From an uncultured Nitrososphaerota archaeon (lineage in GTDB: Archaea > Thermoproteota > Nitrososphaeria > Nitrososphaerales > Gagatemarchaeaceae): 64,000 nt of DNA. The stretch is from the NCBI GenBank assembly GCA_963838925.1, contig CAWISW010000003.1, positions 288,001 to 352,000 of the forward strand, read 5' to 3'. The notes beneath the pieces are model-generated. The model was not told the origin of the DNA. It searched no databases and worked only from the letters and a program-made list of their open reading frames with translations. Positions 37,189-46,430 of this stretch are shown here, piece after piece (the first letter of the stretch is position 1; each line of letters opens with the position of its first letter). Both the position numbers and the translations under genes were made by a program.

Positions 37189-37541
37189 TGGCTTGCGCCA
37201 GAACCGCAGCCGCAGCCCTGTCCCTGGACGTTAGGGTTCTCGATCTTGAACCCCTGCCTCTGCATCGTGTCGATGAAGTCGATCTTCGAGCCCCTGAGGA
37301 TGTCGGCGTTGTTCTTGTCGGTGACTATCTTGAACGTGTCGACCTCTTCGACTAAGTCGTTGCCTCTCGGCTTGTCGGCGAGCTGCATCCCGTAGGTGTA
37401 ACCTCCGCTGCAGGCGCATCCGCCTGAGGCGTAAACATCAATCCTGAGAAAAGAGCCGTCCTCGTTCTGCTCCTTGAGTGCCTCGGAGAGCTTCTGCTTC
37501 GCGAGGGGCGTGAACTTGACTAGCGGCATCATCTTCTGCAT
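37185..37541 (-). CDS. HesB/IscA-family Fe-S assembly protein
   Basis: GGCAC, GSKIDF, GFKIENPN, CGCG. Confidence 0.92.
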   Translation of the reverse strand: MQKMMPLVKFTPLAKQKLSEALKEQNEDGSFLRIDVYASGGCACSGGYTYGMQLADKPRGNDLVEEVDTFKIVTDKNNADILRGSKIDFIDTMQRQGFKIENPNVQGQGCGCGSGASH

Positions 37542-37657
37542 GTTGGTTTTGGATGCCGGCAGGTCATATTTAGGCTATTCGGATTCCGGTTCTGCCAAAC
37601 AGACCGGGATGCGTCGGTTTCTTATATGACGTCAGCCGTTGTTTCATCGTCCCCCGG

Positions 37658-37825
37658 ATGGCAGAGTACAGGTACTGCGAGAAGTGCATGATGAGGACTG
37701 AGCACGAGACGGTCGTCGACGGCAGGGACTACAACCCGAGGGGAAGGGGGCTGTACAGGTGCAAGAAGTGCGGTAGGGTAAAGTCGATGCGGCACCTCCG
37801 CCCGAGCTCCGAGATCGGCTACTGA
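37658..37825 (+). CDS. 55-aa Zn-ribbon microprotein (not in ORF track)
   Basis: MAEYRYCEKC...YRCKKCG; CTTATAT promoter 36 nt upstream. Confidence 0.75.
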   Translation: MAEYRYCEKCMMRTEHETVVDGRDYNPRGRGLYRCKKCGRVKSMRHLRPSSEIGY

Positions 37826-37833
37826 AGCGCAGC

Positions 37834-38862
37834 TCAGGCGTACTCAGACCTGTCGACGACGTTCTTCAGCGGCTGCCCCCTGTAGTAGCGCGTGAGGTTG
37901 TCGATTGCCCCCTTCGCGACGCTCCCGGTGATTATCGCGCTGGGTCCAGAGGCGTGAGGGGTCCCGATGAAGTTCTCGAGCTCCAGGAAGGGCAGGTCGG
38001 GAGAGAACGACTCGCCCCCCGTCCCGTCGGGCCACCAGACGTCGGTCGCGTAGACGAAGCCCGGGTTCCTGACCAGCTGGTCGTACATGGCCTCCTTCTG
38101 GACCACCTCTCCCCTGGCGACGTTCACGATGGTCGCGCCACGCCTCATCGCTGCGAGCTCCTCCTTTCCGATGAGGCCCTTGGTGGCTTTCGTGAGGGGA
38201 ACCGCGAGTACCACGACGTCTGATTCCCGGAGGAGCCTCATCAGCCCGGCCCTCCCTCTCAGGAGCTTGACGCCCCGCTCTTTGACCGGATGCCTTCCCC
38301 AAGCGAGGACCTTCATCCCGAATGGCCTCACGAGCCGCGCGGTCGACCTGCCAATCCCTCCGTAGCCGACGACTCCGAGGGTCTTGTCCTTGTAGAACGT
38401 CACTTGCCTGCCCAGGTCGTCCAGCGGTTGGCGCACGAAGGCGCCCGCCCTGAGCTGGCGGTCGAACTTGACGATGCTCTTCCCTGCCGCCAGCATCAAG
38501 CCAATCGCGAACTCGGCCACCTCGTCCGAGTATGCCCCTGCGTTGCTACAGAGTGTCACCTTCTTGTCGAGGAGGTCGAAGCGCATCCTGTTGACCCCCG
38601 CGTTCCCGGTCTGGAAGAGGCGGAGGCTTCCCATCTTGGAGACTTCCTCCTTGCCGAGGGCCTTCGGCCACCCGTGGGTATAGACGCAGTCAATCAACGG
38701 GAGAACCCGCGCCTTCTCCTCCTCGTCCATGTCTTCGAGCCAGTAGATGTCAGCGAAGCGCTTGAGAGGCTCGAAGTCCTGCCTGCGATTGTCCGTCTGC
38801 GCCACGAGGAGCTTCCCTCGGCCTTTCCCCATCTGGAACCCTTTTAGGCGCAACATATTCAA
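37834..38862 (-). CDS. D-isomer-specific 2-hydroxyacid dehydrogenase
   Basis: GVVGYGGIG, VNVARG, TDVW, GTPH; start may be ATG 38832. Confidence 0.9.
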   Translation of the reverse strand: MNMLRLKGFQMGKGRGKLLVAQTDNRRQDFEPLKRFADIYWLEDMDEEEKARVLPLIDCVYTHGWPKALGKEEVSKMGSLRLFQTGNAGVNRMRFDLLDKKVTLCSNAGAYSDEVAEFAIGLMLAAGKSIVKFDRQLRAGAFVRQPLDDLGRQVTFYKDKTLGVVGYGGIGRSTARLVRPFGMKVLAWGRHPVKERGVKLLRGRAGLMRLLRESDVVVLAVPLTKATKGLIGKEELAAMRRGATIVNVARGEVVQKEAMYDQLVRNPGFVYATDVWWPDGTGGESFSPDLPFLELENFIGTPHASGPSAIITGSVAKGAIDNLTRYYRGQPLKNVVDRSEYA

Positions 38863-38885
38863 ACGATTCGTCGAAGTATTTCGTC

Positions 38886-39461
38886 ATGAGTCAGGCGAGG
38901 AGAATCAGCCCGGGAATCGCCTCGTCCCTGCTGGTCATCCTCCTGGTCGCCTCGGCGCTCCTGCTGGTCTACTCGAGATCCTCGAGCAGCGTCATAATCC
39001 AAGTCTTGGGGATGCTCGTCTCCATGGGGCTCGTATTCTACCTTAGCCACCCGCTGGGCCACTTCTTCACGGCGATGGCGTACGGAGTCGGCACCGACTA
39101 CTTCTTTGTGGGGAAGAGCGACTTTCGGAAGCTCCAGGTGAAGCCGATGAGCCTCGTGGGCGGTCTCATGCCGACCATCGGGACCAAGCTGAAGCGGGAG
39201 GACCTCACGAAGCTGTCGCCGCGACGCAGGGGCTACATCTTCGGAGCAGGGGTAATCTTCAGCAACGCGCTCGTCGGGGTCGAGCTCGTCTATGTCCTGG
39301 CTGCGGGCTTTAGTCTCCCGGCCGTCCTCCTCGGCGCCTTCTTCTTCGTGGGGACAGTGGCGACAGAGGTTCTATTCAGCACGAAGGTTGGCGACCTGGG
39401 CAAGATGGCGAACGAGTTCAAGAAGCAGGCGCCAGCGGGCGTGTCGACTCGCTCGCCCTAG
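38886..39461 (+). CDS. Membrane protein resembling M50/site-2 protease with degenerate HPLGH motif
   Basis: TM helices; SHPLGH, AG..FSN, GD motif order. Confidence 0.65.
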   Translation: MSQARRISPGIASSLLVILLVASALLLVYSRSSSSVIIQVLGMLVSMGLVFYLSHPLGHFFTAMAYGVGTDYFFVGKSDFRKLQVKPMSLVGGLMPTIGTKLKREDLTKLSPRRRGYIFGAGVIFSNALVGVELVYVLAAGFSLPAVLLGAFFFVGTVATEVLFSTKVGDLGKMANEFKKQAPAGVSTRSP

Positions 39462-39802
39462 TCAGCCTCGTCATCATCCTCGTCCTCCTCCCGGATGGTC
39501 ACCTCGTCCGGCTCGATGCCGAGGGCCTTCAACTCCTCCTCGGCGTCCCTCAACGAGATTGACTTGTAGAAGTCGATGTCGTAAAGAAGGCCGACGCCCT
39601 CCCACCCCCTCTCCACAAGCTTCCTGCCGAGTTCCGCTGCCCTCGCGAGCCTCCTGCTGAGCTCTTGGCCGCGAGAAGCTACCTCGTTCAGAAGCTCCAT
39701 GTCAACTGGCGAGCCTTCGAGCCCGTCAATCTCCCAAGCAGGCTTTCCGAACAGGAAGACGGAAACGGTGACGAGGGGCTTCCCCCGACTAGTCTCGCTC
39801 AT
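39458..39802 (-). CDS. Hypothetical protein with acidic tail
   Basis: 114-aa ORF, FGKPAWE motif. Confidence 0.7.
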   Translation of the reverse strand: MSETSRGKPLVTVSVFLFGKPAWEIDGLEGSPVDMELLNEVASRGQELSRRLARAAELGRKLVERGWEGVGLLYDIDFYKSISLRDAEEELKALGIEPDEVTIREEDEDDDEAD

Positions 39803-39892
39803 CGACCAAGACCGCGGACACGTTAGTTAAGCGCCAATCAAATTATTGCGAAACTGATAAAGAGACATTGTCCGCTTTGCGGCGGCGTCTTC

Positions 39893-40537
39893 TTGCTATC
39901 TCTCGCGGCACTGCTGGTTGCCGCTGCCACGGTCGGAATCCTCCACATGTCCGCGCCTGACCACTGGGCGACGCTGATCATACTGGGACGCATCTCCAAG
40001 TGGAATCGGACTCGCCTGATGGGAGTCGGCGTGATGACCGCGGTGGGCCACGTGGCACTCTCCCTGCTGCTAGGCTTCGCGGTCTTGTATGTCGGGATAG
40101 CCTTCTCGCAGCAAGCTTCGCTCTACCTCACAGAGGCGACCGGGGCGACCATGGTCGTGGCGGGGCTCTTCTACGGAGTGAAGATGCTCAGGTCAAACGA
40201 GACCGAGGACTACGAGAAGGAGACTCAGGACGAGCTCAGGAAGGGCGAGGGGACGCTCGGGAAGCGCTTCCGCTACTTTGCGGTCCTGGGGGCCGCGCTC
40301 TCGCCCGACCTCAGCATACTGCCGATATTCCTCCTTGCAGCTCCCATCGGCCTGAGCTTCGCCTTCGACGCAGCCATCGTGTTCGCCGTCGCTTCCATCC
40401 TGGCGTTGCTGTTCTTCCTGCTGCTAGGTTCCGCGGGTTTGGCCAAGGCCTTCGAGAAAATCCCTCCCAAGTACAACGACGCCCTGGTAGGCTTTGTTAT
40501 CGCGGCAGTCGGAATCTACATTCTGGCGGCAGGCTGA
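39893..40537 (+). CDS. NiCoT/RcnA-like nickel-cobalt transporter
   Basis: LHMSAPDHW, GHVALS, multiple TM helices. Confidence 0.75.
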   Translation: MLSLAALLVAAATVGILHMSAPDHWATLIILGRISKWNRTRLMGVGVMTAVGHVALSLLLGFAVLYVGIAFSQQASLYLTEATGATMVVAGLFYGVKMLRSNETEDYEKETQDELRKGEGTLGKRFRYFAVLGAALSPDLSILPIFLLAAPIGLSFAFDAAIVFAVASILALLFFLLLGSAGLAKAFEKIPPKYNDALVGFVIAAVGIYILAAG

Positions 40538-40568
40538 TTCCATAACGAAAGCAATGGCGCAAGAATTA

Positions 40569-40700
40569 TGCGGTCGCAGGGATTTGAACCCTGGTTGCTA
40601 GCTTACCCCGACCATCTTATCGGCCTCACCAATCAAGTGGTCATGGAGGGCTAACGTCCTAGACTGTCCTCCCGAAGGATCCAGACTGGACGACGACCGC
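40569..40700 (-). tRNA. tRNA-Gly(TCC) with two introns (D-loop 40664-40680; 37/38 40604-40643) and C33
   Basis: GCGGTCG/CGACCGC acceptor, A73; both inserts form BHB-type motifs (GTCT-GGA/GGAC-AGT; CCTC-CAT/GGGG-TAA). Confidence 0.9.
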
Positions 40701-40729
40701 GCAAGCACGAGCCTCGAAGACCCTCCTTT

Positions 40730-41401
40730 TTACCGTTGGTCTTCCATCGCCTTCTCGACCTCATAGACGACCCGCGCCGCCACGACGTGGGCATCGAGAG
40801 CCCTGTCGTCGATTCTCACGAGGCTGTCGAAGGCCTTGAGGTCTTTCGGGAGGAAGTGCCCCCGTGGGAAGCCCCCGACCGCCACTGCCGGACTCTTCTG
40901 CTGGACGAGGTCAGCTGCCAGATCCTCCAGTCGAGTCGGCGCTCCCTGGATTGAAAGACCGGCGGAGTAGTCCGTCCCCAGACCTCTCAGGAGCTGCGGC
41001 AAGGTCGCGTCCCTCACCAAGACCAGGCCTTCTCTAGGCCTCTCGACGAGCATCTTCTCCATCAGGTTCCTGAACCGCGCGTAGCTCTTCGGGGGCCTTG
41101 CGCCCTCGCCGAACTCGAGGACCGAGTCGTCGATGGTGTGGATGTAGACCCTAGCCTTCCCTTCCTGGTGCAGCGGCGTGCTCGTGACGTTGAGGAGCGT
41201 GAGATGGATGAGGTCTGGCCTTCCCCTCCTGTAGCCGTCGGCGAGCTTGAGCATCGCAGAATGGTGGATGCTCCGGTCGAGAAGGATGCTCCCGGGCTCC
41301 TGGCCGCGGCGCTCGGCGTCCTTCTTGACCGACGGGTCGCGCCTCAGGCCCTCCGGGATGAGCTCGAGGGCGGCCTCTGCGATGACAAAATGGAGCACCA
41401 C
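40730..41401 (-). CDS. nep1: Nep1/Emg1 SPOUT rRNA pseudouridine methyltransferase
   Basis: AALELIP, LLDRSIH, RGRPDLIH, RPPKSYARF, VGGFPRG. Confidence 0.93.
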   Translation of the reverse strand: MVLHFVIAEAALELIPEGLRRDPSVKKDAERRGQEPGSILLDRSIHHSAMLKLADGYRRGRPDLIHLTLLNVTSTPLHQEGKARVYIHTIDDSVLEFGEGARPPKSYARFRNLMEKMLVERPREGLVLVRDATLPQLLRGLGTDYSAGLSIQGAPTRLEDLAADLVQQKSPAVAVGGFPRGHFLPKDLKAFDSLVRIDDRALDAHVVAARVVYEVEKAMEDQR

Positions 41402-41460
41402 GGCAGTCCAGCAAGACTTTTCGAGTCGCGATTTATTACTTTGCGCGAGGTAGGTGAGAC

Positions 41461-41769
41461 ATCCCGCCGATAAAGCGGAAGGAGTCGAAGAGGCAGGCTA
41501 CCATCGCCGCACGGACGCTGCTCGAGCTCTCAGCCTCGACCTCGCACGACGACCTCGACCTGGCCAAGCGGCAGGCGGCACTAGCGAGGAAGCTGATGCT
41601 GAAGTACAACGTCAGGTTCGGCTGGGACCTCAAGAGGTTCTACTGCCACGGCTGCAAGGAGCTCATGGTCCCCGGGGTGAACGCGAGGGTGAGGCTCTCC
41701 AAGGGGATGGTCCTTACGACCTGCGTGAATTGCGGACGCGTAAACAGAAAATCGCTGGCGCAGGCTTAA
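41461..41769 (+). CDS. rnp4: RNase P protein component 4 (Rpp21); non-canonical ATC/ATA start
   Basis: ...ARKLMLKYNVRF..KRFYCHGC..PG..RVR..TCVNCG..R; in-frame TGA at 41455 and no ATG/GTG/TTG until 41596; conserved position before rps19e. Confidence 0.85.
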   Translation: MPPIKRKESKRQATIAARTLLELSASTSHDDLDLAKRQAALARKLMLKYNVRFGWDLKRFYCHGCKELMVPGVNARVRLSKGMVLTTCVNCGRVNRKSLAQA

Positions 41770-41818
41770 ATATTCAAAGGGGAGGGCTCTTTAATCTACT
41801 TACCCAGAGAAAGAGAGA

Positions 41819-42274
41819 ATGGTTAGCGTAAACGACGTCCCCGCGGACAAGCTCATCGAGCAGCTAGCGGAGCAGCTCAAGCGTGTCCCCGAGATCGAGC
41901 CTCCATCCTGGGCGTCATTCGTCAAGACGGGCTCGCACGCCGACAGGCCTCCCCAAAGGAAGGACTGGTGGTACGTCAGGGCAGCCTCCCTCATGAGGAA
42001 GGTCTACCTCAAGGGCCCCCTCGGGATCGAGAAGCTGGAGATAGTGTACGGCGGGAGCAAGCAGCTCGGCTACTTCCCCAAGCACCACAGGGACGCAGGG
42101 AGCTCTGCGATAAGGAACCTCCTCAAGGGGCTAGAGAAGGCCGAGCTCGTCACAAAGCAGGGGACGAAGGGCAGGGTGCTGACCCCCAAGGGATTCGCGC
42201 TCCTCGACAAGATCAGCAAAGACATTTTTAAGGAACTCGTGAAGCAGAACCCAGCGCTGGAACGGTATAGTTGA
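41819..42274 (+). CDS. rps19e: 30S ribosomal protein S19e
   Basis: PSWASFVKTG, WWYVRAAS, GRVLTPKG. Confidence 0.97.
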   Translation: MVSVNDVPADKLIEQLAEQLKRVPEIEPPSWASFVKTGSHADRPPQRKDWWYVRAASLMRKVYLKGPLGIEKLEIVYGGSKQLGYFPKHHRDAGSSAIRNLLKGLEKAELVTKQGTKGRVLTPKGFALLDKISKDIFKELVKQNPALERYS

Positions 42275-42278
42275 TTCT

Positions 42279-42572
42279 ATGATGGACGAGCAGCACAAGG
42301 AGGTTCAGCAAAGGCCCGCCTCGCAAGACGACGCGCAGCGGCGCGCCATGCGCGAGAACGTGATGCGCATAGCCCTGACCTCCGAGGCTCGACAACGGCT
42401 CACCAACGTGAGGATGGTCAAGCCTGACGTCGCCCACGCGATCGAGGAGTACATCATCCAGCTCGTCTCGTCCGGCAGGCTCAAGAGGACCATCGACGAC
42501 GAGCAGCTCAAGGAGCTCCTCTCGAGCATCCAGGGGACGGCCAAGAAGGAATTCAAGATCAGGAGGATTTAG
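42279..42572 (+). CDS. PDCD5/TFAR19-related DNA-binding protein
   Basis: LTSEARQRLTNVRMVKP, IDDEQLKELL, KIRR; synteny. Confidence 0.93.
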   Translation: MMDEQHKEVQQRPASQDDAQRRAMRENVMRIALTSEARQRLTNVRMVKPDVAHAIEEYIIQLVSSGRLKRTIDDEQLKELLSSIQGTAKKEFKIRRI

Positions 42573-42578
42573 AGAGAC

Positions 42579-42737
42579 ATGGGAAGAAACAAGGACGCGT
42601 CCAAGAAGAACCGCCTCATGAAGGCGAGGAAGTCGAACTCCTCGGTGCCGACGTGGGTCATCGCCAGGACCAACAGGAAGGTCAGGGCGAACCAGAAGCA
42701 CCGTACTTGGAGAAGGACCAAGCTAGGGTTCAAGTAG
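42579..42737 (+). CDS. rpl39e: 50S ribosomal protein L39e (not in ORF track)
   Basis: [27 protein letters not shown]. Confidence 0.95.
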   Translation: MGRNKDASKKNRLMKARKSNSSVPTWVIARTNRKVRANQKHRTWRRTKLGFK

Positions 42738-42772
42738 CCCCCGGACTGGCAATAATCAAAGAGTAGACAAAG

Positions 42773-43060
42773 ATGTCCTCCTCAACCAACGTCGAGCCGC
42801 TGACGAGGGTGCACATGGTCCCGCTCAGGCGGGCCTTCGAGGCGCCCAAGTACAGGCGGACCAAGGTGGCGATCAGGGTGATCCGCGAGTTCACGACCCG
42901 CCACATGAAAGCCACCGAGGTCAAGATCGACAAGGAAGTCAACATCCTCCTTTGGTCCAAGGGCATCACGAACCCGCCCAGGCGCATCAAGCTCGAGATG
43001 GAGAGAGACGAGGACGGAGTGGTCTCGGTGCGACTGCCGCCAGCCGAAGAGTCATCCTAA
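42773..43060 (+). CDS. rpl31e: 50S ribosomal protein L31e
   Basis: VPLRR, RHMK, LWSKGITNPP. Confidence 0.96.
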   Translation: MSSSTNVEPLTRVHMVPLRRAFEAPKYRRTKVAIRVIREFTTRHMKATEVKIDKEVNILLWSKGITNPPRRIKLEMERDEDGVVSVRLPPAEESS

Positions 43061-43726
43061 ATGGGTCTTCACCTAGTCGACCTTTACAGAAGCCCTAACA
43101 TCGGAATCTTCCTAAAGGCAAACGACAAGGCCGTCCTCGTCCCCAAGGGGATTGCCGGCACAAAGTCGGAGCGGCTCGCCTCCGACCTTGACGTGGTAGC
43201 CTGCCCAACCTCCGTTGGCGGCACAAGGCTCATAGGCCCTCTCGTCGCCATGAACAACAAGGGAGTGCTCGCCTCCAGGATGATAGAGGACTATGAGATG
43301 GACGAGATAGCCTCGACGACCGGCCTCAAGGTCACAAGGTTCGAGTCGAGGTTTACCGCGGTCGGGAACCTGGTCGCAGCCAACGACCACGGCGCCGTAG
43401 TCTCGCCGGTCTTGGAGCCCCACGCCGTCAAGCAGGTCGAGGACGTCCTCGGCATCAAGACCATCACTATGACCATCGCCGACTACATCCAGGTGGGCGC
43501 CATGGTCGTGGCCACCGACAGCGGCGCGGCGATGTCTCCAAGGGCGGACGAGAAGGAGGCAGAGGAGGTAGCAAGGGTGCTCAAGGTCGAGGTCTCCGCT
43601 TCCTCCGTCAACGGCGGGATACCTTACCCGGCCTCCGGGGTCGTTGCGAACACGAAGAACGCGGTCGTCGGCTATTTGACAACTGGACCCGAACTGATCT
43701 TCCTAACCCGGGCGCTGAACGTCTAG
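43061..43726 (+). CDS. eif6: Translation factor aIF-6
   Basis: SPNIGIF, AVGNLVAAND, SVNGG, TTGPEL. Confidence 0.95.
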   Translation: MGLHLVDLYRSPNIGIFLKANDKAVLVPKGIAGTKSERLASDLDVVACPTSVGGTRLIGPLVAMNNKGVLASRMIEDYEMDEIASTTGLKVTRFESRFTAVGNLVAANDHGAVVSPVLEPHAVKQVEDVLGIKTITMTIADYIQVGAMVVATDSGAAMSPRADEKEAEEVARVLKVEVSASSVNGGIPYPASGVVANTKNAVVGYLTTGPELIFLTRALNV

Positions 43727-43782
43727 CTCTCGGCTCAACCGGCACTCACTCTTAAAAAGCCCCGCGAGGCTCGACCCTCAGT

Positions 43783-44232
43783 TTGAGCTCAGAAGAAGAG
43801 AGGATGAACAGGCTCCTCGTCGAGTCCAGGATGCTCGAGAACACCTTCAACGAGTTGACCAACAGGCAGGGCATGCTCGAGAGGATGCTCATCGAGACGC
43901 GCGCCTCGCTTGACACCATCAAGCAGGTCGGCTCGACGGCAACGGAGGAGGTCCTCATCCCCGTCGGGGCGGGTGCGCTGCTCCGAGCGACGCCGCCGAA
44001 GGCCGACAAGGTCTTGATGAGCATAGGCGCCAACGTCGTCGTCGAGAAGAGCAAGGAGGAGGCGGAGAAGCTGCTCGAGGGTAGGTCGAAGGACCTGGAG
44101 GAGAACATCATCGCGATACTCAACCAGAGGAACCAGATCGCGCAGAGGTTGGAGGCTGACCGCAGGACCCTGCAGGCGTTCATCGACAGGCAAGAGCAGA
44201 TGCAACAGGGACAGCCAGGTCAGCCAAGGTAA
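43783..44232 (+). CDS. pfdA: Prefoldin alpha subunit
   Basis: EVLIPVGAG, IGANVVVEK flanked by coiled coils. Confidence 0.95.
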   Translation: MSSEEERMNRLLVESRMLENTFNELTNRQGMLERMLIETRASLDTIKQVGSTATEEVLIPVGAGALLRATPPKADKVLMSIGANVVVEKSKEEAEKLLEGRSKDLEENIIAILNQRNQIAQRLEADRRTLQAFIDRQEQMQQGQPGQPR

Positions 44233-45137
44233 TGTTTGAGAAGCTCAGAGGAGCGTTCTCCTCGCTCGCAAAGGCCGTCGCCGAGAAGAAGCTGTCTGAG
44301 AAGGACCTCGACGACTCCCTCTACAACTTCCAGCTCGCCCTGATGGAGAGCGACGTCGCCCAGAACGTGGTCGAGAGCGTCACGGGAGACCTGAAGAAGC
44401 AGCTCCTCGGGCTGTCAGTCGAGCGCTCCAAGGGCTTGGAGGACTTTGTGAAGGAGAAGCTGAGGGGCGAGGTGCTTTCGATCTTCTCTCAGGTGGGAGA
44501 CGTCGACGTGATACAGAGGGTCAAGGACAGCAAGGCGAAGGGCGAACCGTTCAAGATCCTCTTCCTCGGGATAAACGGGACCGGGAAGACGACAACGGTC
44601 GCCAAGTTCGCAAACTACATGAAAAAGAACGGGTTTTCAGTTGTCATCGCCGCGGGAGACACCCACAGGGCGGGGGCAATCGAGCAGGTGAGCGAACACG
44701 CCGAACGCATAGGTGCGAAGGTCGTCGCCCAGAGGTACGGCGCGGACCCCGCAGCCGTGGCAAGGGACGGCGTCCTCTATGCCAAGTCGCACCACATCGA
44801 CGTCGTGCTGATAGACTCCGCGGGGAGGATGCAGACCAACCAGAACCTCATGGAGGAGATGTCCAAGATAGTGAGGGTCGTGAGCCCCGACCTGAAGATA
44901 TTCATCGGCGACTCCCTCGCGGGCAACGACGCGGTCTCCCAGGCGGAACTCTTCAGCAAGTACACCGGGTTCGACGGCGCGATATTGACCAAGGTCGACG
45001 CGGACTCGAAGGGAGGCGCGGCGCTTTCGATAGCCTTCACCACGAAGAGGCCGATCCTCTTCCTGGGGGTGGGGCAGAGCTACGACGACCTCAAGAGGTT
45101 CGACGCGAAGTCGTTCGCCGACTCGCTCGTTAGCTAG
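44232..45137 (+). CDS. ftsY: SRP receptor FtsY
   Basis: GINGTGKTTT, DTHRAGA, DSAGR, TKVD, GVGQ. Confidence 0.97.
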   Translation: MFEKLRGAFSSLAKAVAEKKLSEKDLDDSLYNFQLALMESDVAQNVVESVTGDLKKQLLGLSVERSKGLEDFVKEKLRGEVLSIFSQVGDVDVIQRVKDSKAKGEPFKILFLGINGTGKTTTVAKFANYMKKNGFSVVIAAGDTHRAGAIEQVSEHAERIGAKVVAQRYGADPAAVARDGVLYAKSHHIDVVLIDSAGRMQTNQNLMEEMSKIVRVVSPDLKIFIGDSLAGNDAVSQAELFSKYTGFDGAILTKVDADSKGGAALSIAFTTKRPILFLGVGQSYDDLKRFDAKSFADSLVS

Positions 45138-45153
45138 GGATTCTTCGAAGCGA

Positions 45154-45459
45154 CTAGAAGTCCGCGAACAGGTACCTGTCTAGGTTGACCCTGCCTGCAG
45201 ACACCTTGACGCCCTCGCGCGCGAGCAGCTTCGCCTTTGTCGCAGGACCTTCGCCCCCGGAGTATCCTCCGAGGACCCCGTCCGCCCTCACGACGCGGTG
45301 GCAAGGCACCACTATCGGGTTGGTGTTGGCGCCTAACGCGTTCCCCACCGCCCTCGCCGCCTTGGGGGAGCCTATCGCCTTGGCGATCGCCCCGTAGGTC
45401 GTCACCTTTCCCATCGGGATCAGCGACGTCACCGCATAGACTGACTGGTTGAAGTTCAT
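45154..45459 (-). CDS. ogt: O6-methylguanine-DNA methyltransferase (C-terminal domain only)
   Basis: TTYG, RAVG, VPCHRVV active site. Confidence 0.9.
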   Translation of the reverse strand: MNFNQSVYAVTSLIPMGKVTTYGAIAKAIGSPKAARAVGNALGANTNPIVVPCHRVVRADGVLGGYSGGEGPATKAKLLAREGVKVSAGRVNLDRYLFADF

Positions 45460-45464
45460 TGGTC

Positions 45465-46301
45465 TCAAACGCGCACCACTTCTAGAGCGAATTGTTTGGC
45501 GAGCAATATTATCTTTTCCCTATTCGCCCCGGTGCCCTTCCAGTCCACGAACACGTAGCGGGGGAACTTCGACGTCCTCTGGATCAGCTGCCCGAACATC
45601 TCCCCGTCTATCCACTCGAGGTAGTGCTTCGCGACCACCGCCGAGAGCGCGTACTCGCCCTCGAGGAGGATTTTGTTGAACTTCTGCGGGTAGTGTGTCC
45701 CGCCAAACGCGAGCCCCACCTTGTCCCAGCTCTTCCCGGAGGTCAAGGAAGACATGAGGGCGTCGGCGATGACCTCGGCCGCGTGGGCGTCTCCCCACTG
45801 CTTCTCGGTCGTGCCCAACTCCACGAAGAGGACGGGCCTCCTCAACGAAGTGGGGCCGTGGTGGGTCGCCTCGATGGTCACGTCGTAGCCCTCGAGTTGG
45901 GACTTCCTCTCGTTAAGCGCGATGAGGTAGTTCTTCTGGAGGTCGGGGTCGATCGCCCCCACTTCCCTCGGATTGGCCCCGAGGACGGCCTTGTCGGTGA
46001 AGTTTCCGGTGGTGTGGACGGTGAGCGCAGGGATTCCGGACTCGGCCCTGTGCGTCGAGAGGAAGATGTAGGCCTTGGGCTTGAAGATGGAGTCGAGGTC
46101 CGGCGGCTCGATTATCTCGCTGTCTATCGTCGCGAGGATGATGGAGTCCTTCTGGTAGAGGTCGCTGGATTCGAACCTGATTCCCGTGGAGACGAACCCT
46201 TGCTTCCGGATGAGGGCCGAGGCCATGGTCCTCGAAGCCAGGTTCTTTGACGACGCCACAAGCACGAAGGTCGGATTGCTTGCAGGCTGAGGCATGGCCA
46301 T
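45465..46301 (-). CDS. dtdA: D-aminoacyl-tRNA deacylase (DTD2)
   Basis: LTVHTTGN, EATHHGPT, FVELG, GGTHY, DWKG. Confidence 0.93.
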   Translation of the reverse strand: MAMPQPASNPTFVLVASSKNLASRTMASALIRKQGFVSTGIRFESSDLYQKDSIILATIDSEIIEPPDLDSIFKPKAYIFLSTHRAESGIPALTVHTTGNFTDKAVLGANPREVGAIDPDLQKNYLIALNERKSQLEGYDVTIEATHHGPTSLRRPVLFVELGTTEKQWGDAHAAEVIADALMSSLTSGKSWDKVGLAFGGTHYPQKFNKILLEGEYALSAVVAKHYLEWIDGEMFGQLIQRTSKFPRYVFVDWKGTGANREKIILLAKQFALEVVRV

Positions 46302-46430
46302 CTTGCGTCGCCCTCGCCGGCAAACCGCGCGCAAAAAGGTTAGCTGGCCACGATAGTCGGAGCTTGCCATCGAAAGGGGCCTAACAAGCCATATAAACAC
46401 CTCCGGGAGTTGGGGCTCCAGTAATCCACA

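Noticed and set aside
40640-40655. Alternative register giving anticodon CCA (Trp) on the Gly-type tRNA
   Set aside because: Requires a mismatched stem and a pyrimidine at 37; the splicing motif fixes the TCC register
41454-41831. 125-aa ORF from GTG listed in the track
   Set aside because: Wrong frame; the Rpp21 zinc-ribbon motifs are in the frame ending at 41769
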